The notes beneath the pieces were generated by a model. It was given only the letters and a program-made list of their open reading frames with translations. It did no database searches and was not told where the DNA came from. Source: Lama guanicoe (Eukaryota). Taken from it: a stretch of DNA of 64,000 nucleotides. Positions 52,791-64,000 of the stretch are shown one piece after another (within the stretch, counting starts at the first letter, position 1; each line of letters begins with the position of its first letter). The stretch lies in NCBI GenBank assembly GCA_013239625.1, contig MU054041.1, positions 1-64,000 on the forward strand, in the 5' to 3' direction. The translations under genes and the position numbers were made by a program.

Positions 52791-55335
52791 TCTAATTGAA
52801 GTATAGTTGATTTACAATATTGTGTTAGTTTCAGGTGTACAGCAAAGAGAGTCAGATATATTTATTCTTTTTTTCTATTCTTTTCCATTATAGGTTATTA
52901 CAAAATATTGAATATAGTTCAGTGTGCTACATAGTAAATCCTTGTTGCTTATTATTTTATATATGGTAGTGTGTATCTGTTAATCCTATACTCCTCTAAT
53001 TTATCCCTCCCTCTGTCTTCTCCTTTGTTAACTATGTTTTCTATATCTGAGTCAGTTTCTGCTTTGTTAAGTTAAGTTAGTGCATACTATTTTTTAGATT
53101 CCACATACAAGACTGTATAATATCTGTCTTCCTCTGTCTGACTTGCTTCACTTGTGATAATCTCTAGGGTCCATCCATATTGCTGCAACTGTCATTATTT
53201 CATTCTTTTTTATGGCTGAGTAATATTCCATTGTATATCTATTTCAAACCATAGTAAGCCAATTGCCTGCTGATTAACACTTGAGTTGTTTCCATGTCTT
53301 GGTTATTGTAAATAGTGCTCCTTTCAATATTGGGGTGCATGTACCTTTCTGAAGTAGAGTTTTTGTATTTTTAGATATATACCCAGGAGTGGGATTACTG
53401 GATCATATAGTAACTCTATTTTTAGTTTTTTAAGGAACCTCCATGCTGTTTTCTATAGTGGCTGCACCAATTTATATTCCCACCAACAATGTAGGAGTGT
53501 TCTCCTTTCTCCACACCCTCTCCAGCATTTATTATTTATGGATTTTGTGATGATGGCCATTCTGACTGGTTTGAGGTGATAACCTCATTGTGGTTTTGAT
53601 TTGCATTTCTATAATAATTAGCAATGTTGAGCATCTTTTCACGTGCCTGTTGGCTATATGCATGTCTTATTTGGAGAAATGTTTATTTAGATCTCTTGCC
53701 CAATTTTCATTGAATTTTGTTGTTGTTGTTGATATTAAGTTGTATGAGATATTTGTGTATTTTGGAAATTAAGCCTTTCCTTTTTGGCCACATCATTTGC
53801 AAATTATTTTCTCCCATTCTGTAAGTTGTCTTCTTGTTTTGTTTATGGTTTCCTTTAATGTGCAAAAGTTTTTAAGTTTCATTAGGTCCCATTTGTTTAT
53901 TTTTGCTTTTATTTCTTTTGCCTTGGGAGACTGACCTAAAAAAATATTGCTAGAATTTATGTCAGAGAATGTTTTGCCTATATTTTTTCTAGGAGTTTTA
54001 CGTTGTCATAGCTTACATTTAAGTCTTTAAGCCATTTTGAGTTTATTTTTGTATATGGTTTGAGGGAGTGTTCTAACTTCACTGATTTACAAGCCCAGCT
54101 TTACCAACACCACTTGTTGAAGAGAGTGTCTTTTTTCCATTTGTATATTCTTGCCTCCTTTGTGGAAGAGTAATTGACCATAGGATTCTAGGTTTATTCT
54201 GGGTTCCCTATTCTGTTCCATTGATCTATATGTCTATTTTTGTGCCCATACCGTGTTGTTTTGATTACTATAGCTTTGTAGTATTGTCTGAAGTTTTGAA
54301 GGGTTATACCTCCACTTTTATTCTTTTTCCTCAGGAATGCTTTGGCAATTCTGAGTCTTTTATCATTCCGTATAAATTTTAGGATTTTTTTTCCAGTTCT
54401 GTGAAAAATGTCCTAGGTAATTTGATAGGGACCTAGCATTAAATCTGTAGATTGCTTTGGGTAGTATGGCCAACATAACTGTATTAATTAGGGGAGTACG
54501 GGATAGCTTTCCATTTCCTTGAATCATCTTCAGTTTCCTTTATCAAGTCTTTATAGTTCTTAGTGTATGTCTTTTAGCTGTTTGGTTATATTTAGTCCTA
54601 GGGATTTTTGTGTTGTTGTTTTTTTTTTTAATGTGATTTTAAGTGGGATTGTTTTTAAAATTTCCTTTCTGATATTTCATTGTTAGTGTTAAGAAATGCA
54701 ACAAGATTTCTGTATATTAATCTCATGTCTTGCTAACTTGCTGATTCATTTATTAGTTCTAATAGTTTCTGTGTGACATTTTGAGGGTTTTCTGTATAGA
54801 GTATCATGCCATCTGCATATTAGTGATAATTTTACCTCTTCTCTTCTGATTTGGATACCATTTGTCTTTTTCTTTTCTGATTGCTGTGGCTAGGACTTCC
54901 AACACTATGCTGAATAGATGTGGTAAAGGATGGGCATCCTTGTCTTGTTCCAGAATTTAGCATGAAAGCTTTCAGCTTTTTAACGTTAGGTATTAGGTTG
55001 GTTGTGGGTTTGTTAATGAATGGCTTTAATTATGTTAAGATATGTTCCCTCTATACCCACTTTGGTGAGTTTTTTTTTTTAAATCATGAATGCTTTTTCT
55101 TCATCTATTGAGATGCTTTTTCTTCATCTATTGAGATGATCATGTGGGTTTTGCCCTTTCTTTTGTTGATATGGTATATCACATTGATTGATTTGCATAT
55201 GTTGAAACATCCTTGTGCCCCTGGGATGAATCCAACTTGATCATGCAATATGATGCTTTTTATGTGTTGTTGGATTCTGTATGCTAATATTCTGTTGAGG
55301 ATTTTTCAATCTATATATCAAATATATTGTCCTAT

Positions 55336-55384
<49 letters not shown>

Positions 55385-57910
55385 CTTTGGTTTTGTAACA
55401 GGGTGATGGTGGCTTCATAGAATGAGTTTGGAAGTGTTCCCTCCTCTTCAATCTTTTGCAAAAAGTTTGAGAATAAGTTCTTTGTATGTTTGGTAGAATT
55501 CCCCATTGAAGCCATCTGGTCCTGGACTTCTGTTTGCAGGGAGCTTTTTGGGGTTTTTGTTTGTTTGTTTTGGTTTTTGGTTTTGTTTTAATTTCATACT
55601 CAAATTCCCTTCTAGTGATCCTTTTGTTCAAATTATCTATTCTTGATTCAGTTTTGACAGTCTGTATGTTTCTACAAACTTGTCTATTTCTTTGAGGTTG
55701 TCCATTTTGTTGGCATATAACTGTTAATAATATTTTCTTATAACTTTTGTATTTCTGGAATGTCGGTTATTATTTCTTCTATCTCATTTTTGTTTGTTTA
55801 TTTGGGGCCTCTCTTTTCTTCTTAGTCATCCTGGCCAGAGGTTTGTCAAGTTTTCTTATCCTTTCAAAAAAACAGATCTTGGTTTTAACTGATTTTTCTA
55901 TGGCTTTTTATTTCTATTTTATTTCTTTTCTCTCTGATCTTTATTATTTCCTTCCTTCTACTGACTTTAATCTTTGTTCCTCTTGTTATAATTCTTTTAG
56001 GTTGTAGGTTAGGTTGTTTGGGATTTTTCTTGTGTTTTGAGGTCTTCTTTAGATCTGCCAAGCTTTCAGCCTTAATTTCTTCAAATACAGTTTTGATCTG
56101 CTTTTCTTTCTTCTCTTTCTGGTATTCCTATTTTTTTGTTTTGTTTTGTTTTAGATTGGCATGCTTTAGATTAATTATCTCATAGATCTTGTATGTTGCT
56201 TTTCTTATTATCTTTCTGTCTTCTCTTCTTATTGGGTGATTTCCATTATTCTTTCTTCCAGATCACTTATTTATTCTTCTGCATTATATAGTTCCCTATT
56301 TATTGCCTTTAGCTTGGTTTTCATCTTGGCAATTAACTTGTCTAATTTTGACTGGTTCCTCTTTGTAGTTTCTAGTTCCTTGTTACAGTGATCTGCCTTT
56401 CTATCAATGGTCTTTCTTATTATTCAGCATTTTTATGACTTCCTTTTTGAACTCAGGGTCTAATAGACTGGAGAGGTCTGTTTCATTGTCCTTTCAGGGG
56501 ATTTCTTTTGTTCTTTTAATTGGGAGGAGTTCTTCTGCTTTTTCATTTTACTTATATTTCTCTGACTCTATGAATTTGGGAAAACCAGTTGTCTACTGTG
56601 GTCTTAAAGGGCTATTTTTGTGGGAGCAACCCTGTGTAGACTCTTGAGTTCAGTATTTTTGGCATGAGGTTTGTTTTTGGTATAAACGCTTGCCGTATCT
56701 TTCCTCAAGGTGTGCTGGCCCTTGTCGCTTTGATAATGGGAGTGTTTGGCATTTTGGTGACCAGAATCTGTACTGGACATTGGATAGGGCTTCCTCTTTG
56801 CTGTGCAGTTGTCATAGCCCTGTTGGGAGCCAGGTCTGCTCCCCCAGCAGTTATGGGAGTAGAATTGTCCAGGAGTAGAATTGTCCAGATCTGTTCTAAG
56901 TTGTGGTGTAAGGTAGATGGGATTGGACTGCTCCCTCTGAGAAAGGAGTTGCTGAGTGTTCTTCCCCAGGAGCTATCTGCCAAGACATAGTGACACTGTG
57001 ATGCTACCTGCCACCTGGTGTGCATGCCTACAAAGATCACTGTTGCTTGCACTGCCCTTGGGGGCCACCTCCTTTGGGGGAGCATCAGTAACTGGCTTGG
57101 ACATCCCTTACAAAGCTGCTGGTGTGAAAATTTGCTGAAGCCATGTCCCCATCCCTGCTTGGGAGTGCTGGTAATCAGCTCAGAATTTAGCCCCACTTCT
57201 GCATGTGTGAGCCCACAAAGTTTGCAAAACTGAGTGGCTGGAGCTGCACCCCACTGTGTGCACATTGACAGTGAGGCTGCTATGGCAGATCCATGCCCCT
57301 CCCTTCCTGTGTTAACAGTGGCTCCTATGGTGGGCCTATGCTCTGTCCTGTGCACACAACTAGTTGTGGCCCAGGCCACACTCCAGGCCCATCGGGCTGT
57401 CTTCTGCAAATCCAAACTGAGTCCTTTCCCCAGGTCTGTCTGCTGAAACCCGAGTTTCAATACCCAGTCTCCATGTACACTAGCAGGCATTTGTCTTGGG
57501 ATGGGAAGTGTGGCAGTGTGGCAATGACCATCTTTCCTGGTCTCTCTCTACCCTGGGAGGGTGCAGGCCAGTTCCCTCACTATCCTCTTGTGCCTCTGAA
57601 GCTCCCTGTCCGTCCTGGCAGATCTCCCAGCCAATGAAGGAAGTTCCCAGGATTAGGGAACTTTTCCTCATTCACAGATTCCTTCCAGGGGTGCAGGTGC
57701 CATCCTGATTCCTCGTCTTCTCCCTTTTCCTTTTCTTCTACCTAATTATATGCAATCCTTCTTGCAGGTGCTTGGTTATATGAGATCTTCTGCAAGTTTT
57801 CAGTAGGTATTCTGTGAGAACTGTTCCAAATGTAGATGTATTTTAGATGTATTTGTGGGAGGAAATGATCTCCACCATCCCTCTACTCCACCATATTGAT
57901 GTCCTCTCAT
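52791..57910 (-). mobile_element. L1 with both termini (5' UTR, ORF1 5' part, ORF2 3' part, 3' UTR), internally deleted and TSD-flanked
   Basis: 5' end reads caatatggtggagtagagg...cccacaaatacatctaaaatacatctacat on the minus strand. ORF2 fragment [21 protein letters not shown] (55318-55515). 3' end taattgaagtatagttgatttacaat. TSD catctctctcttttt (52776-52790) vs catctaactcttttt (57911-57925), 13 of 15. Confidence 0.95.
55338..55384. repeat. Poly(T) 47-mer inside L1 ORF2
   Basis: Directly visible. Confidence 0.95.
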
Positions 57911-57950
57911 CATCTAACTCTTTTTAGTTTCAGGTAGTGGTAAGAGGATT

Positions 57951-58292
57951 TGTAAAAGAAAAAATAATAATAATAATAAATAAACTGAAACCTCAATTAC
58001 GTACTTAGGAGATAAGAAGGGAGAGCTCTCATGTCCGGTGACAATATCAGAGTCCAACCAGAAAAAGAAAGACTCTTCTTTCCTGGCAAGGACACAGCCA
58101 ATGAAAAGCCATGGACTCTTTGTTTATGAGAGCTGCCCAACTGCATTCTCCTCTATAAATGTGTTCTCCTTCCCTTGACATGTGGGGACTTGCTTGTGGC
58201 TAACCATCCTGAATTATAATTCTCTGCTGTTCCCAAATAAACCCATCTTTGCTAGGGCAGTATCTGGCAGTGGGTTTATTTCGGGTCAATCA
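57951..58292 (+). mobile_element. Probable ERV1-class solo LTR
   Basis: TG start, then CCAAT (cagccaatga), TATA (ctataaat), AATAAA (caaataaaccc) in LTR order, ending gggtcaatca. Family and TSD not established. Confidence 0.7.
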
Positions 58293-59077
58293 AGTATTTC
58301 ATAATGCTACTGCCCTTCTGGTCATATGGGGTACAACTCATGCTATGATCTGTGAGATACACAGAGCATATTAAGCCACTTGTCAGTGAACTCTGTGGAA
58401 AAAATGGGTATATGTAAGTTAAAATGTGCCCCATATTTTGTATTCTGTAAAAACAAACTCACAAAGAAGCAAGCAGCCAAAGATGCCAAAATAACAGAAA
58501 ATGTAAAATAAATTAGGAAGCTATTACCCAACCTCCACTTAACCAACTCAGAAAATTCACAAATTCACTCATCTATTGAAAATAAGGAGAAAATTTAAGC
58601 TTCATAGTATGTAAGCTACTTCCTCTATACTCACAAATTGAGAAGTTTGCTTACCAAGAGTCAGTTTTATTTGTATTCAAACCAATTAATGGTAGTTGTA
58701 GCACTTATTTCTGAAAATGTATGAAATAAAAGTGTTATTAAGAAAGATGGATTTAGTAATAACATTCATGTCAATACTGAGATATTTATAAAGAGTATGA
58801 CATGTTATTTAAAAAGTTAATAAATGTATCACCAAGGCAAATTTAAAAACACAGAAAATGATTATAAAAATATCAAATTCACAATGTGTCTCAATTTTTA
58901 CTCCACTGAACAATGAAAAGAAATATATGACCAATATTTTATGTGAGGAGTTTATGCAAGAAAGACTACAGAATTCCAGGCACCTAAAACATTTTCAAGG
59001 AAGGGCCTTAAGTCAGTAAGTTTTTAAATGTAGGTACAGTACTTACATCATTTATTCTTCCAGCACTTTAAAGACAA

Positions 59078-59156
59078 TGATCCATAGACTACATCAAACT
59101 AAAAACCTTCTGCACAGCAGAAGCAGCAGCTGATAAAATGAAAAGGCAACCTATGC
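59078..59156 (+). mobile_element. Isolated L1 ORF2 fragment of about 80 bp
   Basis: gactacatcaaactaaaaaccttctgcacagcag...aaaatgaaaaggcaacctatg (DYIKLKTFCTA). Confidence 0.8.
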
Positions 59157-59479
59157 TTCTTAAAAACCAATAAATAAATTGATCATACACAGTCGAATGT
59201 ATTCACATTTCAGAAATTCAGCTTATTATAAAAACATTAGTAAATAAATTGTATTTTTTGTTTCCATTCCTTCCTGTAGCCAACCATCCTCATTGCATGC
59301 TATTTTCCATACTACTAGACAAAATAAACCTATCACCAGTCTATAAGACTTTTACTCAATAGTCTCTTATGATGTTTTTCTCTAAGAAAACAATAATTAA
59401 AAAAAATCTAATTGAAGGAAAAGTGTGTTGTTTAATCTATGCCTGACTTTTCATAAGATTTCTATTACAATTTTAGAAT

Positions 59480-59638
59480 AGTGCTTTTCACACTTCAGTA
59501 TAGGTATAACAGGGATCTTGTTCATGTGCAGGTTCTAATACACTAAGTCTGTGGTAGGTCTGACAATCTGCATTTCTTATAAGCTCTCAAGGAGATGCTG
59601 ATGCTGTTGATCTAAGAACCACACCTCAAGTAGCAAGG
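59480..59638. mobile_element. MER5A/MER5A1-like hAT-Charlie DNA transposon relic
   Basis: tctgcatttcttataagctctcaaggagatgctgatgctgttg...accacacctcaagtagcaag. Confidence 0.8.
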
Positions 59639-60399
59639 TGCACTTCTAAAATGGCTATGTATGTTTCATTTTAACATTATAATATTTTGAATTACTTTTA
59701 CACTTGTGTATGTCATATAGAAGCTATCAGAAGAATAATATACTAGTATAAATAATAATAAGCAAACATGATAAAATGTATAGTTGAAATATGAAAAGCC
59801 ACTATTTTATACAATAAATTTATCATAAAGAGGGAATCTGTACAGATAATGTTATTGTCAGGTGTTTTAGTTTACTAAATTTCCTCAGTTTATCAAGGGC
59901 AGCAAAGAAAAAGTATGGATGAAGCTTGAAGGAGATACTTAATAATTAAGGATTTTCCTTGGATTTTTCAGGCCACATTCTCACAGGTCTTGAAAATCAT
60001 AGCTATATGAGTTATCCCATTCTTTGCTGTTGAGAGAGCTCTGTGAAAAATTAAGTCAGGAATTGTAATAAGGACTCTAAAAAGACATGAGTCCAAGGGG
60101 ATTATCTATATAGGGAGAAGAACTCGTTCTAGGTGTGACATTTACCTCTGTGGCCTTGGTAGTTTTAGTAATATTTCTCAAATACTAGTGACATGATACA
60201 CTTCAGTTTTAGGTAGGTGATAAATAGGAGATGATGTAAGTGTCAAAGAGCAGCATCTTCCATAGAAATGCAAGTATGACTATCAAGAAAGAACTATATT
60301 ATATAGCACATTTATTTATTCATATTTTTTTTGGAGGGCGGTTGTTGGTGTTTTTTGTCTTGCCACAGAATATAAATTTTATTTCACAACTCTTATATT

Positions 60400-61019
60400 C
60401 CTACTGCCAAGCTGGTATTTCCTTTTGAGTATCTCTTAGGTATAGCAAAGCTTACATATCCTAACTTGACCTTCTGATCTTTCCCTACCCAAAAGTCTTC
60501 CATCCACAGTCTGCCACATTTCAGTGACTGAAAATTCCATCTTCGAATTGGTAAGGCAGAGAAGCTTGGAGTCACCTTTTACCCTTCTTCCTCTCACATG
60601 ACACACAGGCAGTCTAACATGAAGCCATGTTGCCTCTACCTTTGAAATATAACCAGAATCTAACCACTTTTTACCACATCCACTGTCACCAACCAGGCAA
60701 CAGCAACTGTCATTTCTCACCTAGATTTGTTAAATTGCTCTGTGAATGGTATCCCTGCTCTTCCTTTGCTGTTCTACAGTCGATTCTCAACAACTAAAAC
60801 AATTTATTTAAAACATAGTAAGACCATGTCACTCTTGGTCGTTTTCTTCTTGTTTTTTTTTTTAAACCACAGCATTATTTATAATTGCCAAGACATGGAA
60901 ACATCCCAAGTGCACATCAACAGATGAATAGACAGAGAAGTTGCAGCACACGTACACAATGGAATACAGCTCACTCACAAAGAAGGAAGGCTATTTTGTT
61001 ATTTGTGGCCCTTCATTCA

Positions 61020-61052
<33 letters not shown>

Positions 61053-61080
61053 TTTAATAAACCAGAATTTTCTAACTGGC
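60400..61080 (+). mobile_element. L2 fragment interrupted by two T-rich tracts and an L1 piece
   Basis: aagcttggagtcacctttt; ctctacctttgaaatataaccagaatctaaccactt; catttctcacctagatt; gaccatgtcactc. L2-like sequence appears to resume at tggcccttcattcac and aataaaccagaattttctaactggc. Confidence 0.75.
60869..61008 (+). mobile_element. L1 ORF2 3'-terminal fragment without a tail
   Basis: cagcattatttataattgccaagacatggaaacatcccaagtgcacatcaacagatgaat...tacacaatggaatac. Confidence 0.85.
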
Positions 61081-61385
61081 ACAAACATTTCCATTGCATC
61101 AAAAACAACAAAATACCTAGAAATAAACTTAACCAAGGAGGTTACCTATACTCTGAAAACTGTAAAACATTGACAAAGGAAATTGAAAATAATACAAATA
61201 AATGGAAAGATATCTTGTCCTCTTAGACTGGAAGAATCAACATTATCAAAATGGCCATACTACCCAAAGCAATCTACAGATACAAAGCAACACCTATCAA
61301 AATACCCAAGGTATTTTTCATAGAACAAACAATTCCAAAATTTATATGGAACCATAAAAGACCCTGAATTGTGAAAGCAATCTTT
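61081..61385 (+). mobile_element. L1 ORF2 fragment (post-RT region)
   Basis: Translates YSENCKTLTKEIENNTNKWKDI; ggaagaatcaacattatcaaaatggccatactacccaaagcaatctacaga ([17 protein letters not shown]). Confidence 0.93.
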
Positions 61386-63150
61386 CGTAGGTCTTTTTTT
61401 CTTTCTTCTTTTTGTTCTCTTTTCTTATGGTTTCATGACTAGAGAAGTTCCTTTAACATTTGTTTGTTAAGTTGGTTTGGGGGTGAATTCTTTTAGCTTC
61501 TGTTTATCTGTGAAGCTTTTGATATCTACATCAATTCAGAACGAGAGCCTTGCTGGATAGAGTAATTTCTTGGTTGTAAGTTCTTCCCTTTCATCACTTC
61601 AAATATTATCGTGCCACTTCCTTCTGGCCTGTAGAGTTTGTGCTGAAAAAAATCAGCTGATAAGCTTATAGGAGTTCCCTTTTATGTTATTTGTTGCTTT
61701 TTCTCTTGTTGATTTTAATATTTTCTCCTTACTTTTAATTTTTATCAATTTGATTATGATGTGTCTTGGGGTATTCCTCTGTGGGTTGGTCCTGTGTGGA
61801 ATTCTCTGTGCTTCCTGGACTTGGGTGAATGTTTCCTTTCCCAAGTTAGGGAAGTTTTGGGTTATTACTGCTTCAAAAATTTTCTCAGGTCCTTTCTCAC
61901 TCTCTTCACTTTCTGGGACCTTATAATGTAAACATCAGTCCTAGCTTCATGTTGTCCCAGAGTTCTCTTAAACTATCCTCATTTCTTTTCATTCTTTTTT
62001 CTTTCTTTCTGTTCTGCAGTAGTGATTTCCACTAATCTGTCTTCTAGCTCATTGATTCATTCTTCTGCTTCATTTAGTCTCTTCTCGGTTCCATCTAGTG
62101 TGTTACTCATTTCAGTTTTATTCAGCTCAGTTTGAGTATGCTTTATATTTTCCAACTCTTTGCTAAAAACTTCACTCTGTGCATCTATGCTCCTCTTGAG
62201 TCTCTGGACATCTTCACCAACATTATTCTAAACTCTTTCTTGGATAAATTACCTATCTCTTCATCACTTCTTCTTCTGGGATTTTATCTTGCACCTTGGC
62301 CTGGGAGATTTTCCTCTGCTGCCTCATACTGTCTATCTTTCTATTTGTAGTTTTCCGTAGGTTAGTTAAATTTCTCAACCTTGGAGAAGTGGCCCTCTGT
62401 GGGAGACGTCCTATGCAGCCCAGCAGTGCTCTCCTCATGACATCCAAGGTCCAGGGTCTAGCCAGTCCCAGTGTACAGTCTGGCCTGTGTGTGTAGACTC
62501 CTTGCACAGGCTTTGGGATTGTTGTTTTCTTATTTCTGGTATCTGCCTCCTGGTGGATGAGGCTGGTCTAGAGGCTTATGCATGTTTCCTGGCAGGAGGA
62601 GCTGGTGCTTGCTCACTGCTTGGTGAATCTTGGTCCTGAAGCCCTGGTGGGTGTCTAGATATGTTTGTGGCTCAGGAAGTGTGCTGATGAGTGGAGCTGT
62701 GTTCCCACCCTGCGTGTTGTTTGGCCTGAGGCTTCCCTACAGGCTGTTGGGTGGGGACAGATCTTGGTACTAATAATCCAATCAAGATGTCAGCCTCCAG
62801 GAAAGCTCATGTAGATGAACACTCCCAGAATGTCCTCAACAAGTTTTATGTCTCCTGGTCTCCTCTATGTCTGAGCCTGGTGTGGGGCTCAGAACTCTCA
62901 CTCCTGTGGAAGGGCCTCTGTGACTTAGTCTTCAGCTTGTGGGTTGCCCAGCCAGGGGGTTTAGGGCCTGATTATATCGTGAGCATGCGCCTCCTACCAT
63001 GTTCTCTCTTTATGTTTCTAGTTGAAGATCTTTTTTGCTAGGTTCCAGTCTTTTTTTTTTTTGATGGTTGTTTAGCACTCAGTTATGGTTTTGCTGTAGT
63101 CACGAGGAGAGGCGAGCTTGTGGTCCTATTACTCTGACATCTTGACCAGA
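61386..63150 (-). mobile_element. L1 5' portion (5' UTR and decayed ORF1), truncated at its 3' side
   Basis: ORF1p fragments QVQEAQRIPHRTNPQRNTPRHIIIKLIKIKSKEKILK (61653-61844) and MRQQRKISQAKVQDKIPE (62253-62507). 5' end reads caagatgtcagagtaatagg on the minus strand, a decayed caagatggcgg. Confidence 0.93.
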
Positions 63151-64000
63151 AAATTTATAGCACATTTAATGTGTGAAGTTCTGTGCCTGAAGCTTTCGAT
63201 AGGTTACTTTGTAACATGTCACCAATACTTACACATAGCTTGAAGTAACATAATCTCTTATATTGTGTTTCCTAGAAAAAAACAACATGGATGTAATTTT
63301 TATATATTTGTAGACAAGTATTTCTTCAGAAAATGATAATGTAATTTAAGTAGTCATGTGAATCCATCACCAAATGCAAAAAAGGAATGTATTTTGTTTT
63401 TGATTATTTAGTATATCTCTCTCAATAACTGTTCTTTGTATGTAAAGTGTTTAAAACTCACTGAAGGTTAAAAGTATGCTGCCATTTCTTTTTACTCATA
63501 TGCTCTTTTGCTACATAAGAAATAAGGAGAGGACCACAGAAGCTAATATTGAACTGTAACTTCCTGTGGTAAGTTCCTCTAGACATACTGTAACTGGTGA
63601 ACCACAAAGAATTATTTCCACTAGCCTGAAAAATAAGGATTTGCTTCAACAGATCCCTGAGGTATTTTAACTCTATTTATTATATTTAATATTATTGTTA
63701 TTATTTTTAGTATAGGTACACAATACCCAGTAAATACATGAGGCTATTTTAAGAGAACCATAACATTATAGGGGTTAGGCAGAAGTACATAAAATAGGAA
63801 TATGTCAGGAAGAATGCTTCTATGAAGGGAATAGTGTCTCTTTATATGGATTCATTAAGTTGCATTCAGTAAAGTTCAATGTTGACAGTGGTTTAAAGGA
63901 GTTCCCAATATAGAAGCTGTATCCTTGTAAAATCTGTGTATAACTGTTATTGTAAACAACCAGGACTTAGGAGCAGTAATCAGAAAAAAGAATTGTGTTT

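Noticed and set aside
55318..55631. Poly-lysine-tailed ORFs
   Set aside because: L1 ORF2 fragments read into the poly(T) run.
60841..61054. T-rich tracts as the poly(A) tail of the minus-strand L1 at 61386-63150
   Set aside because: No L1 3' UTR adjoins them, L2-like sequence continues on both sides, and no matching TSD was found beyond 63150.
1..64000. Novel multi-gene or prokaryote-style system (CRISPR array, operon, defence locus)
   Set aside because: The DNA is mammalian and repeat-rich. I see no regularly spaced repeats and no intact ORF cluster.

Overview
This is AT-rich mammalian genomic DNA from a draft assembly with three N-gaps. It is intergenic or deep intronic, and I recognise no host protein-coding exon. 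Roughly half of it is decayed transposable-element sequence: old L1M, L2 and MIR fragments, MLT2 and LTR16 LTRs, two ERV-L internal remnants (gag-pro and RNaseH/integrase), a probable ERV1-class solo LTR, a MER5-type DNA transposon and three larger, younger L1 copies. The young L1 3' ends resemble camelid (alpaca/camel) L1 as I remember it, and I see no Alu, B1/B2, Bov-A/BovB, PRE-1 or Can-SINE, so a camelid origin is a reasonable but unconfirmed inference. Every ORF with a recognisable translation is a broken L1 or ERV-L fragment. I found no convincing new biological system. The best leads are: a putative endoderm-type promoter or enhancer at ~42.9-43.2 kb (two HNF4-type sites, GATA, FOX, CDX-like site, splice donor, Z-DNA-type tract); a 261-codon sense ORF in the 5' UTR of an internally deleted, TSD-flanked L1; scrambled tail-less L1 fragments and a convergent L1 junction at 59-63 kb; and local GC/CpG-gaining patches inside old repeats that suggest GC-biased gene conversion. 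Repeat family names come from remembered consensus sequences, and most boundaries are approximate.
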